Shown here one piece after another: positions 9,127-18,627 of a stretch of DNA of 64,000 bases. How positions within the stretch are numbered: position 1 is the stretch's first letter; each line of letters opens with the position of its first letter. Both the position numbers and the translations under genes were made by a program. Source of the DNA: Myxococcales bacterium. GTDB lineage: Bacteria > Myxococcota_A > UBA9042. Below the pieces are notes generated by a model that was given only the letters and a program-made list of their open reading frames with translations, searched no databases and was not told where the DNA came from. The DNA lies in the NCBI GenBank assembly GCA_037441385.1, contig JBBISH010000008.1, forward strand, positions 31,040 through 95,039, read 5' to 3'.

Positions 9127-10290
9127 CTAAATGTACCAGACTTTCAGCGACTCGCTGGGGTACCAGTTGGGCGCGTCAGACAGGTGGGTGCCATCGAACA
9201 CGTCGACGTGGCCGGTGCCCGAGAAACCGAAGATCTTGTCGAAGGCCACGATGCCGCGCTTGCCGGCGACCACGGGCTCGATGTCGCGGTCAAAGGTGGT
9301 CTGGAACTCGTCTGACGTCTTGAAGCGCTTGCCATTGGGCCACTGCTGGTGCGGCTGGCCGGCATACTTGGTCAGGTAGGTCCACATTTCCTTGGCGGAC
9401 AGAATGTAGAACCAGCCCGTCTTCTTGCTGTAGGGGATGCGGCCCGGATCCAGGCCGGCCGCCTTGGCCTTTTCCTTGGTGATCTTCAGATCGCCGCCCA
9501 GCGTGTTGAGCATGATCGACAGACGGATCGCGCAGGTGTTGCTGTACGCGTCCGGGCTCCAGCCTTGCTGAACCAGCAGGTCGGCGCTGGACTTGTTCTT
9601 GCCGGCATCCTCTTGGTAGTTGTGCGGGTGGGCGTCCCACACCTTTTGGAAGTCGTCCGGCAAGCCGCCGTTCTTGCTGCCAGCCGGACCTTCGCGCGAC
9701 GAATTGCCACCTTGGGCCTGTGCTTGCGTCTGACCTTCGGGGGGCGTGGTCGAGCTGGGCGCGCGACGCTGGCCAGCCGGCCGATCCACCGCGCCTTGAG
9801 TCGCCGTCGTCGGCGCCGAGGTGACCGCCGGCTCTTGGTCCATGGCCGCCAGCGTCAAATGACCAAAGACGCCGGTTGCCGGCACGCCGTGGGTCGCTTG
9901 CCAGGCCTTGAGCGCCTTAGTGGTGCGCGGCCCCCACTGGCCATCGGCGCCCGCGGGACCAACGTCCAACCCCTGGGCCATCAAGAACTGTTGAATGGCG
10001 CGGATCGCCGGACCCTGAGCGCCTGGGTTCAAGTACACCTGACCCGTGGCCACGGTTTCGAGCACGTGGTCGCCGCTGAACAGCGGCTGGCGCAGCGCAC
10101 CGCCCCCCGGCGCACCCGGCCGCTGCGGCTGCTGCCCGCCCGCCCCTTGCGCTTGGGTTGTCGCTTGGCTGCCGCCACCGCCGGCGTCTTGCGGCCGCTG
10201 GCGCACCCCGCTGGCAACGTTGGCTTGCTGCACGCGCTGGCCAGCAACTGGCGTAGGCGAACTCGACTGGGGTGGGGTGTGAGCCGGCAT
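9127..10290 (-). CDS. Peptidoglycan-binding domain + Tae4-like (NlpC/P60 fold) amidase
   Basis: PG_binding_1 pattern (IQQFL..ADGQWGPRTTKALKAWQ..TGVFG); C-terminal NTCAIRLS and GHVDVFDG Cys-His dyad; RBS GGAG before ATG 10290. Confidence 0.8.
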   Translation of the reverse strand: MPAHTPPQSSSPTPVAGQRVQQANVASGVRQRPQDAGGGGSQATTQAQGAGGQQPQRPGAPGGGALRQPLFSGDHVLETVATGQVYLNPGAQGPAIRAIQQFLMAQGLDVGPAGADGQWGPRTTKALKAWQATHGVPATGVFGHLTLAAMDQEPAVTSAPTTATQGAVDRPAGQRRAPSSTTPPEGQTQAQAQGGNSSREGPAGSKNGGLPDDFQKVWDAHPHNYQEDAGKNKSSADLLVQQGWSPDAYSNTCAIRLSIMLNTLGGDLKITKEKAKAAGLDPGRIPYSKKTGWFYILSAKEMWTYLTKYAGQPHQQWPNGKRFKTSDEFQTTFDRDIEPVVAGKRGIVAFDKIFGFSGTGHVDVFDGTHLSDAPNWYPSESLKVWYI

Positions 10291-10418
10291 GGGATTCTCC
10301 GCAGCGTGCGCCGCCGCTGGGCCCAAAGTATGCCACGGTTCGCACAATGTCGCGCTTCGCCGTCAAGAGTCCTGGGATTGACCGGGGTGCCGCCGCCCCA
10401 GGGCGCGATCGACCGTGC

Positions 10419-11486
10419 TCAGGCGCCGGCGCTGAGGCCCGCCAGCCGCTCGTACAGTTCCTTTTGCTCTTTGCTAAGTTGGCGTGGAATGACCAGCTTG
10501 ACGTGGGCGATCTGATCGCCGCGACCGCTCCCCGACAGGTGCGGGATGCCCTTGCCGCGCAGGCGCACGCGCTCGCCAGGCTGTACTCCCGCGGGCAGCT
10601 TGACCTTTTCGCCGGTGCCGTCGATGAGCGGGACCTCGACAAGGCCGCCCAGCACGGCGGTGGGCACGTCCACCTCGACTTCGCAATGCAAGTCGTCGTC
10701 TTGGCGTTGGAAAACCTCGTGCCCGGCCACCTGCAGCACCACGTAGAGGTCGCCCGCGGGCTGGCCCGCTGCGCCGCGCTCACCTTCGCCCCCCACGCGC
10801 AGCCGCGTGCCGGTGTCGACGCCGGGCGGGACCTTGACCCCCACCTTGCGCTCGACCCGCGTGCTGCCCGAGCCGCCACAGGCGGTGCAGCGGTTGGCCG
10901 GCTTGATGGTGGTGCCCTGACCGCCGCAGCTCGGGCACGAAACCGCAAACATGAAGGGACCTTGGCGTGTGCTGACCTGACCGCGGCCGTGGCACTTGCT
11001 GCACTGTTCGGGCGCGGTGCCCGACTTGGCTCCCGAGCCGTGACAGGTCTCGCACGGCTCGACGCGCGGGATGGTGAGTTCTTTGCGCACGCCACTGAAG
11101 GCCTCTTCCAAAGAGATGCCCAGGTCGTAGCGCAAATCGGCGCCCCGGCTGGCTCGCTGCCGACCACCGCGGCCACCGCCACCAAAGATATCGCCAAAGA
11201 TGTCGCCAAAGTGCGAGAACAGGTCGTCCATGTTGCCGTACTGGCCGCCGCCCGCCGCGCCCTGCACGCCCTGGTGCCCGTAGCGGTCGTAGCGCGCGCG
11301 CTTGTCGGCATCCGAAAGGACGTCGTAGGCCTCGGCCGCCTCCTTGAACGACTCTTCCGCCGCCTTGTCGCCGGGGTTGCGGTCAGGGTGAAACTTCATG
11401 GCCGCGGCACGGAAGGCCTTCTTGATGTCGGCGTCGCCAGCGTCGCGGGCTACGCCCAGCACTTCGTAATAGTCGCGTTTCGACAT
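10419..11486 (-). CDS. dnaJ: Chaperone DnaJ
   Basis: MSKRDYYEVLG, HPD motif, G/F region, four CxxCxGxG repeats. Confidence 0.95.
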   Translation of the reverse strand: MSKRDYYEVLGVARDAGDADIKKAFRAAAMKFHPDRNPGDKAAEESFKEAAEAYDVLSDADKRARYDRYGHQGVQGAAGGGQYGNMDDLFSHFGDIFGDIFGGGGRGGRQRASRGADLRYDLGISLEEAFSGVRKELTIPRVEPCETCHGSGAKSGTAPEQCSKCHGRGQVSTRQGPFMFAVSCPSCGGQGTTIKPANRCTACGGSGSTRVERKVGVKVPPGVDTGTRLRVGGEGERGAAGQPAGDLYVVLQVAGHEVFQRQDDDLHCEVEVDVPTAVLGGLVEVPLIDGTGEKVKLPAGVQPGERVRLRGKGIPHLSGSGRGDQIAHVKLVIPRQLSKEQKELYERLAGLSAGA

Positions 11487-11703
11487 GGATCTCCGGAGCG
11501 AGGGGACGGGCACGAAGCGCTGCGAACATAGGACTAGAACTACGCTCGCCACGCAGGCGGCAAGCAAGGTCGCACAACCCGTCTGTCAAGTCCCAGAGCG
11601 CCGGGGCGCCGGTTGGGCAGACCGGCGACCCTGGTTCGACCCAGGCCGATTTGGTGCTATCTTGCGCCGCGGATCCGGGGGGTCACCTGGGCTAGGGCAA
11701 CGC

Positions 11704-12255
11704 GTGCAGCAAGAAAATCCAGAGAATGGGGGCCTGGTTGCGCCAGGCGAGCCGCCCACGCTGGCGCAGATTCGGGCCTGGGTGGACCAGCTTGGCGCTC
11801 ACCACGTGCAGAGCCTGGGGCCGCTGGCGGCGCCGACGGCCGTGATCGCGTGGTACCGCACCCACCTGCAATCGGCCGAACTCCGCGAGGCGCACGGGCT
11901 GGTCTGGCTGAACTTGCACAGCACGTTTTGTGTGGCGCCCCAGCGCCCGGCGGCCGTGCTGCCTTTGCTCGCCCACGCCAACCTGCAGATCGAGACCGGG
12001 CGTTGGTTTCGCAAGCAGCACCCGTTACGGCTGGCCTGCAGCTACGATGTGCCGGCGGCGGGCCTGGACCAGGCCGGATTTGCGCGCCTGTGGCAGCGAT
12101 TCCACGACGACGCACTCAGTCATGGTATTGAAATCACTTTAAAAACTCGCTCTGAGTCCTGGGTCCGTTGGTTGGCCGAGCGGGGGCGGGCCCCCAAAGG
12201 GCTGCTCCCGCGGCGGCGGCGCAAGCCGAACCGGCCCACTCCGGAGGCGCCGTGA
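11704..12255 (+). CDS. Hypothetical protein, possibly YbjN/CesT-like fold
   Basis: Stop overlaps the next GTG. Pattern LLAHANLQIETGRWF. Start uncertain. Confidence 0.45.
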   Translation: MQQENPENGGLVAPGEPPTLAQIRAWVDQLGAHHVQSLGPLAAPTAVIAWYRTHLQSAELREAHGLVWLNLHSTFCVAPQRPAAVLPLLAHANLQIETGRWFRKQHPLRLACSYDVPAAGLDQAGFARLWQRFHDDALSHGIEITLKTRSESWVRWLAERGRAPKGLLPRRRRKPNRPTPEAP

Positions 12256-12917
12256 TCGACGAGCTGAATTACGATCCGCCTTGGGGCGGTGACTGGCCGG
12301 CCGACGGACTGGCGATCGAGGTGCCCAGCCCGGCGCCGTCAGCGGCTTGGGTGGTTCTTCGCCAGCAATTGCAGGAAATTGGCTTTGAGGCCGAGCCCAA
12401 CATCCATCCGGAGGCCGGGCTGGTCGGCTATAGTTTGCGCGTCCGCAACGCCAGCGTCGGAGTGGGCGTGGTGCAGCGCGGCGAGGGCCTGCAACTGGCT
12501 GTCACCGCGGTGCTTTGTCGCGGCATGGACCAGCAGCGGCTGGCTCTGGCGGCCATCGACCGCGCCAATCGCGACCTGCGGCTGGGGCAGATGCTGTTCT
12601 ATCCGGGGCCGCCGCCCGAGCTCGCCTTCTATTTGTCCTTGCCATGGGAGCACTTGCGGGCTGGCTTGCTGGCGCCCACGCTCACGGCGGTACTCCGCGA
12701 GATCGAGCAGGTCGGCTTCCCGGCGGTTGCGCTGGTGCAGGGCTACCATCCCGGTGATCTCGAACAGCTTTTTCGGCAGTTGGAGGAGCTGGCTGCCGCG
12801 CAGCCCGGCCAGGCCACGGCTGAGGCCAACGCACCGACCGCGGCCGAGGCGCCGCCGCCACCGCCAGCCGCTTCGGTGCGTAAGCGCAAGAAAATCAAGA
12901 ACTCAGAGTCGAACTGA
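12252..12917 (+). CDS. Hypothetical protein, possibly YbjN/CesT-like fold
   Basis: GGAGG RBS and GTGA overlap. Pattern AIDRANRDLRLGQMLF. Confidence 0.55.
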   Translation: MIDELNYDPPWGGDWPADGLAIEVPSPAPSAAWVVLRQQLQEIGFEAEPNIHPEAGLVGYSLRVRNASVGVGVVQRGEGLQLAVTAVLCRGMDQQRLALAAIDRANRDLRLGQMLFYPGPPPELAFYLSLPWEHLRAGLLAPTLTAVLREIEQVGFPAVALVQGYHPGDLEQLFRQLEELAAAQPGQATAEANAPTAAEAPPPPPAASVRKRKKIKNSESN

Positions 12918-13060
12918 CCACAGCACGAGCGCGGGCAATTGGCGTTGACCACCCCCATCGGCGTCCCTACACTGAAGGGCTAGGGCAGGGGCCTGCCGGC
13001 GCGGTTGCCGTTTGCCCCCACGCCGCTGCCCCCACCTCTGCACTGCCGCCTGGAGGACGA

Positions 13061-14911
13061 TTGCCGCATTCGCGCGAGTCCAAGCCCGCCGCCGCACCCC
13101 AACCTGTGGGTGCCGCGGGCAATGGCCACGAATTGCCAACCGTCTCGGCTGGTTCGCTGCTGGGTAGCTGGCTGCCCGCCATCTTGATCGCCACCTGCCT
13201 CGGCGCGGTCTTGGCCGTGGGTTGGGCGCAATTGGGGCCGGGTCCCGCCGACCTTGCACACCGCGACTTGGACCTGCAGACCATCGACCGGCGCGCTCGC
13301 GCCCTTGTGGGCGAGCCGGCGCAGGTGCAGACGACCTTGGCCGCGCCGACCCCTGCCGAAGCGTGGTTGGCGCAAAGCTCTTTCGAGCTGCCCGAGTTGC
13401 AGCGACTGGATGCCCAAGGCGACCTGCAAGCGCGCGGCGATGCCAGCACCGACTACGGGGTTTGGCCGCCGGCTGGCGAAAGCAACGAGCGCGATGGCGA
13501 GAGCGCGTTCCCCGCGGGTACCGGCCAGCCCGCGCCGTTCGAGAGTGAGGCCGGGCGGCCGCGAGCGCCGCTCAAGCGCTACGACGGCGATTCCGTCGTG
13601 TTGTGGACCGATACCAAGTCCGAGTACGCCACCGAGCTGCTTGTGCGCCTGGACCATTTCTTGAGCCAAGCCCACGCCGAAATGGCGCGGGTTCTGCAGG
13701 TAGAAAGCAAGCCAAAGCCCGTCCAAATCTATGTATTTGAGAGCCAAGAGCGCTACCAAGACTACGCACGCGAGCACGCCCCGGGGCTGGTAAACAACGG
13801 CGGTTTCTACGACGGCGGCCTGCGCACCGTGGTGACCTATCGCTACAACAACTCGATGCAACTGTATTTCCACGAGTTGGTCCACGCGATGATGGGCGAG
13901 CTGTTCCAGGACCACCATTTTACCCGCTACACCAAGCGCAACTGGCCGATTTGGTTCGACGAAGGCATCAGCGAGTACCTGGGCTCGTTCGAGCTGCTGG
14001 GCGGGCAGGTGCACATTCCGGCGCTGAACAAGGGCAAGCTCGCCTACCTAGCCAACGCGATGAACAACCGCGTTTTCATCGACATCCCGGCCCTGCTGCG
14101 GGCACCGGCCGAGCGGTTCTCGGGCTCGTCGATGAACATCTACTACGCCGAATCGTGGGGGCTGCTGCAGTTCTTGCTGGCGTCGCCGACCACGCGGCCC
14201 AAGGTGGCGCAGTTCTTCCGGCAAATTCGCAATGGCGAAGATGGCTTGCAGGCCTTCAAGGCGTGTTTTGGCGACGACACTGCCGGCTTGTCCGAGGCCT
14301 GGAAATCGCACATTTACAACCTGACGCGCACCGAGCCGGGCGCACAGGCGCTGTTTTCGGGCGACACCATCGACGATTGGACCATCCACGAAGGTGGCCA
14401 TTGGCGCGCGGGCGGCGGCGAGATCAGCGGCCAAGGCGATCGCAACTACAACTACCTGATCAAAAGCGAGCTGCCGGTCACCGATTTTGCCTACGAGCTG
14501 GACGTCAAGCTGCAGCGCGGCACCGCCGGCTTGATCCTGGGCAACAATTTCCACGGCGAATACCCGTACTACTATCTGATCGAAGTCGCTCGCGACGTGG
14601 TGATGGTGCGGCGGGCGTGGTCGGCCAGCCAGATCGAGCCCGTCATCCAGGCCTACGCCGATGTGCCGCAGGGCGAGTGGGTGCATGTGCGGGTGGCGGT
14701 GAGCGATCGCGTGCTGCGGTTGACCGTGGGCGGGCGGCAGGTGCTGCAGACGCGCGTCGATCGCGACCGTTATTCGCTGTTTGGCCTGTACCTGTACCGG
14801 GCCAAGGTGCAGTTCCGCAACATCGTGCTGCTGCGCGACGGGCCGCGCCAGTTCACGGCCACGCCCGCGACCCCGGCTGGAGGGCCGGCCGAGGCCAAGC
14901 CCGGACCGTGA
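13061..14911 (+). CDS. DUF1570-like gluzincin metallopeptidase domain + C-terminal DUF1080-like beta-sandwich
   Basis: HELVH, WPIWFDEGISEY, YAESW; then LFSGDTIDDW...W...GEISG and WVHVRVAV. Start uncertain. Confidence 0.75.
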   Translation: MPHSRESKPAAAPQPVGAAGNGHELPTVSAGSLLGSWLPAILIATCLGAVLAVGWAQLGPGPADLAHRDLDLQTIDRRARALVGEPAQVQTTLAAPTPAEAWLAQSSFELPELQRLDAQGDLQARGDASTDYGVWPPAGESNERDGESAFPAGTGQPAPFESEAGRPRAPLKRYDGDSVVLWTDTKSEYATELLVRLDHFLSQAHAEMARVLQVESKPKPVQIYVFESQERYQDYAREHAPGLVNNGGFYDGGLRTVVTYRYNNSMQLYFHELVHAMMGELFQDHHFTRYTKRNWPIWFDEGISEYLGSFELLGGQVHIPALNKGKLAYLANAMNNRVFIDIPALLRAPAERFSGSSMNIYYAESWGLLQFLLASPTTRPKVAQFFRQIRNGEDGLQAFKACFGDDTAGLSEAWKSHIYNLTRTEPGAQALFSGDTIDDWTIHEGGHWRAGGGEISGQGDRNYNYLIKSELPVTDFAYELDVKLQRGTAGLILGNNFHGEYPYYYLIEVARDVVMVRRAWSASQIEPVIQAYADVPQGEWVHVRVAVSDRVLRLTVGGRQVLQTRVDRDRYSLFGLYLYRAKVQFRNIVLLRDGPRQFTATPATPAGGPAEAKPGP

Positions 14912-15034
14912 CGCCGGCGACCGCAGCGCGCGACCAGCGATCCGGGATGGGAGCGTAGCTGCGGGCATTTGTCGGCAGGGCCGGTCTAGTTCACAATCGT
15001 CGCGGGGCCGTCGCAGGGGCGACGGGAGGCAAGC

Positions 15035-15928
15035 ATGGCGCAGCAACCGCACGACGAAGCGACCCGCCTGCATCCGGGGTCGGGATTCCCAGGCCAGGCG
15101 CATGACGCCGGCCTGGCCAGCGACGAGCTGCCGCCCGAGCTGGAGGCTCCACCGTTCCAGGCCCAGCGCCCCAGCACCCACACTCAGTTTTCCGTGGCCT
15201 CGATGGACGACGTGCCGCCTTTGCCGCCCGGTCCGCGCCGGACCATGGTGCCGGCCCCCGAGCGGCAGCGTCCGACCCTTTTGCCCCAGGGCTACGAACA
15301 GCCGCCCAAGCTGCCGGGTGCCAGCCGCCAGGCCGACCCAGGCCTAGTGCGCCCCGTGCGGCCGACCAGCGGCGGCGTGGAGCCCAACCGCGAAGGCTCC
15401 GACGTCATCCAAGTCTACGATACCGGCCAGGCCGGCGAGCCCAAACGCGCCACCATCCACAACATGGCGCCGCCGCGCACCTCGGCGCCGGCCGCCGTAC
15501 CTAGTCCCCCGCCAGCCCAACGCGCGCCAATTCGCAAGGTCGCTACCGTGCCGCCCGTCGCGGCGCAGCGCCCGTCGACCGTGTTGCCGCCGCCCAGCCC
15601 GCTGCCGCTGGACGCTGGCGCCATGGTGGGGCTGATGGCCGCCCATCGCGCCCAGATGGGCTCGCTGGATACCTACGCGCGCTATTTGGAGATTGCGGCC
15701 AGCGTCGTGGGTACTGCCGCGGCGGGCTTTCTGATCGCCAGCTTGGTGGCGCTGCTGGTCAGTTCGGGCAACACGCTGCTGGGCGCCGCCGCGGCCCTTG
15801 TCGCCGAGTTGGTCGGTCTGGCAGTGGCGCTGATGATGGTGGCCCTGGCGACGGCGCTGCGGCACGTGGCGTCGATGGCCTCGCAGTTGGCCGCTCTGCT
15901 GGAGGCCTTGTCGCAAACGCGCCGTTGA
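15035..15928 (+). CDS. Pro-rich protein with two C-terminal TM helices
   Basis: GGGAGG RBS, disordered Pro-rich N-terminus, hydrophobic hairpin at the C-terminus. Confidence 0.6.
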   Translation: MAQQPHDEATRLHPGSGFPGQAHDAGLASDELPPELEAPPFQAQRPSTHTQFSVASMDDVPPLPPGPRRTMVPAPERQRPTLLPQGYEQPPKLPGASRQADPGLVRPVRPTSGGVEPNREGSDVIQVYDTGQAGEPKRATIHNMAPPRTSAPAAVPSPPPAQRAPIRKVATVPPVAAQRPSTVLPPPSPLPLDAGAMVGLMAAHRAQMGSLDTYARYLEIAASVVGTAAAGFLIASLVALLVSSGNTLLGAAAALVAELVGLAVALMMVALATALRHVASMASQLAALLEALSQTRR

Positions 15929-16208
15929 GGCTGCGCACCCGCCGAACGACTGTTGCGAACCTGTGGCAGCCAGCCGGCGACCGTTCCCGCCGCTTCGTTG
16001 ACGCAAACTGGGCGCGAACCTATCCTTTTGCACCCGGAACGGCTGGCCACCGCGCCGCCGCTGCCCCGGAGGGACCGAAAGCTGCCTTCTTGCGGGCAAC
16101 ACCCGATTCAGCGCGCCCCAGTCGAGCGGCTTGCCAGGCACACGGCCGCAGCGGTTGCGCCGCGCCGCCGACCCCAGTCACCCGTTCGCCCTTGGAACCC
16201 GGAGTTCA

Positions 16209-17237
16209 ATGTCCGCACGTCGACCCCGCATCGCGATCAACGGCTTTGGCCGCATTGGGCGGGCCTTTGCCCGCATCGCCGCCCTAGACCCCGACTGCCC
16301 GTTTGACTTGGTGGCCGCCAACGATCTGACCGATCCCGGCGCGCTGGCCTATCTGATGCGCTACGACTCGGCCCATAGTCGTTTTGCCGGCGAACTGGCC
16401 TTGGACGGCGCCACGCTGAAAGCGGGCCAACAGACGATCCAATTGGTGGCCCAACCCGATCCCAGCAGGCTGCCTTGGGGCCAACTGGGCGTGGACGTGG
16501 TCATCGAGTCGACGGGCAAATTCCGCAAGCGCAGCGAGGCCCAAAAGCACCTGGCCGCGGGCGCCAAGAAAGTCCTCTTGTCGGCCCCGGGCGAAACGGG
16601 CGACGAGGCGCCCGACGTCACCGTGATTCGCGGCATCAATTGCGAGTTGCTGCGGCCCGAGCACACCCTTGTCTCTGCCGCGTCGTGCACGACCACCTGC
16701 CTGGCACCGATGGCCAAAGCGCTGCACCGCGCGGTTGGAATCCAGGCGGGGGTGATGTCGACCGTGCACGCCTACACCGGCGACCAAGCGCTGGTCGACA
16801 CCCCGCACAAGAAGGAATGGCGGCGGGGGCGCAGCGCGGCGGCGAACATCGTGCCCACCACCACTGGCGCGGCCAAGGCGATTGGTCTGGTGGTACCCGA
16901 ACTGCAAGGCTGTTTGCACGGGGTATCCGTGCGCGTGCCCGTGCAGGACGTGTCGCTGGTCGATCTGGTGTGCCAAGTGCGCCGCGACACCAGCGCCGAC
17001 GAAGTCAACGCCATCATGCGCGCCGCCGCCGCGGCCTACCTGCCCGGCACGTTCCGCGTCGAGGACCAATTGGTCGTGTCCAGCGACTTGCTGGGCGATG
17101 AAGCGGGCTCGGTGTTCGATCCGTCGCTGACCCATGTCCAGAACGGCAAGCTGGTCAAGGTCGTCGCTTGGTACGACAACGAATGGGGTTACACCTCGCG
17201 GCTGTACGCCCTGGCCCGCCACTACGCGTCGCTGTAG
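16209..17237 (+). CDS. gap: Glyceraldehyde-3-phosphate dehydrogenase, type I
   Basis: INGFGRIGR, ASCTTTCLAP, WYDNEWGY; GGAG RBS. Confidence 0.95.
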   Translation: MSARRPRIAINGFGRIGRAFARIAALDPDCPFDLVAANDLTDPGALAYLMRYDSAHSRFAGELALDGATLKAGQQTIQLVAQPDPSRLPWGQLGVDVVIESTGKFRKRSEAQKHLAAGAKKVLLSAPGETGDEAPDVTVIRGINCELLRPEHTLVSAASCTTTCLAPMAKALHRAVGIQAGVMSTVHAYTGDQALVDTPHKKEWRRGRSAAANIVPTTTGAAKAIGLVVPELQGCLHGVSVRVPVQDVSLVDLVCQVRRDTSADEVNAIMRAAAAAYLPGTFRVEDQLVVSSDLLGDEAGSVFDPSLTHVQNGKLVKVVAWYDNEWGYTSRLYALARHYASL

Positions 17238-17354
17238 GCGGCGCCGACGGTCGAATTTCGGTCGACTTTTCTTTTGGGGCCTGCGGGCCCTGCTCGCGGT
17301 GCCCTTCCGAGTCCCGATCTGGTGTCGGTAGGGCCCCGCAACCCGCGAGGAGTC

Positions 17355-18599
17355 ATGGAAGCTGCAGCTCTGCTCAAGTCCTTGAATATCATGTCTGTTC
17401 GCGACCTGCACCTGCAGAACAAGCGCGTGCTGCTGCGCGCGGACTTCAACGTGCCGGTCGACGACCAGGGCGGTATCGGCGACGATTCGCGGATCCGCGC
17501 CACCCTGCCGACCATCGAGCTCATCCGCAAGGCCGAGGCTCGCCTGATCCTGTGCTCGCACCTGGGCCGGCCCAAGGGCAAGAAAAGCGCCAAATATTCG
17601 CTTGAGCCGGTAGGCCGCCGGCTGGCCGAGCTGCTGAGCTGCGAAGTCCTGATGCCCGACGACTGCATCGGCGACGCCGCTATCCACCTGATCGCGAACC
17701 AGCGGCCGGGGCAGATCGTGTTGCTCGAAAACCTGCGCTACCACGACGGCGAAGAGGCCAATAGCGAAGATTTTGCCCGCAAGCTTGCGGATTTGTGTGA
17801 CGTGTACATCTGCGACGCCTTTGGCTGCGTGCACCGGGCCCACGCCTCGGTGTCGGCGCTGCCCAAACTGGTGCCGGTGCGCGGCGCTGGACTGCTGCTC
17901 GAGCGCGAGTTGGAGGTCTTGGGCAAGCTGATGTCGAGCCCCGAGGCACCCTACGTGGCGCTGCTCGGCGGTGCCAAAGTGTCGGACAAGATCGAGGTCA
18001 TCGAGTCGCTGTTGCCGTTGGTGCAGGGGCTGGTGATCGGTGGCGCGATGGCCTACACGTTCTTGACGGCGCAGGGCTTCGACATGGGCAAGTCCTTGGT
18101 CGAGAAGGATCACCTGGGCTTGGCCAAGCACCTGCTCGGTCGCTGCGACGAAAAGGGTCTACCCGTGTTGCTCCCGGTCGATCACGTCGTCGTCAAAGAG
18201 ATCAAGCCGGACGCGCCGCGGACGATCAAGAAGAACGGTGAGCTGCAAGCCGATGACATCGCGGTGGATATCGGCCCCGAGACGACCCGCCTCTTTGAGC
18301 AATTGCTGGCCGGCACGCACCCGTCGCTGCCGCAGCCGCCGCGCACGGTGCTGTGGAACGGGCCGATGGGCATCTTTGAGATGGACGCCTTTGCGGCCGG
18401 CACCATGGCGGTGGCCCAAGCCGTGGCGCACTCGACCGCCTATAGCGTGGTGGGCGGCGGGGACTCGGTTGCGGCCGTGCAGAAAGCCGGTGTCACGCCC
18501 ATGATTCGCCACATCTCGACGGGCGGTGGCGCCAGTCTGGAGTACCTGTCGGGTCAGCCGATGCCGGGCGTGCAGGCGTTGCGCGGCGGTCGTCGTTAA
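17355..18599 (+). CDS. pgk: Phosphoglycerate kinase
   Basis: RADFNVP, SHLGRP, LLENLR, GGAKVSDK, GGGDS, STGGGASLE; GAGGAG RBS. Confidence 0.95.
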   Translation: MEAAALLKSLNIMSVRDLHLQNKRVLLRADFNVPVDDQGGIGDDSRIRATLPTIELIRKAEARLILCSHLGRPKGKKSAKYSLEPVGRRLAELLSCEVLMPDDCIGDAAIHLIANQRPGQIVLLENLRYHDGEEANSEDFARKLADLCDVYICDAFGCVHRAHASVSALPKLVPVRGAGLLLERELEVLGKLMSSPEAPYVALLGGAKVSDKIEVIESLLPLVQGLVIGGAMAYTFLTAQGFDMGKSLVEKDHLGLAKHLLGRCDEKGLPVLLPVDHVVVKEIKPDAPRTIKKNGELQADDIAVDIGPETTRLFEQLLAGTHPSLPQPPRTVLWNGPMGIFEMDAFAAGTMAVAQAVAHSTAYSVVGGGDSVAAVQKAGVTPMIRHISTGGGASLEYLSGQPMPGVQALRGGRR

Positions 18600-18627
18600 T
18601 TTCTTGCTGTTTCCATAAGGAGTTGCC

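Noticed and set aside
10319..10336. Sigma54-like TGGCA-N-GC upstream of the Tae4 gene
   Set aside because: GG-N10-GC spacing fits, but the TTGC box is absent (GGGC), so it is too weak.
11487..11703. CIRCE element upstream of dnaJ
   Set aside because: No TTAGCACTC-N9-GAGTGCTAA-like inverted repeat seen.
16680..16710. GAPDH motif reads SCTTTC instead of SCTTNC
   Set aside because: Catalytic Cys and other motifs are intact in a gap-pgk-tpiA operon; a single substitution is not evidence of a new function.
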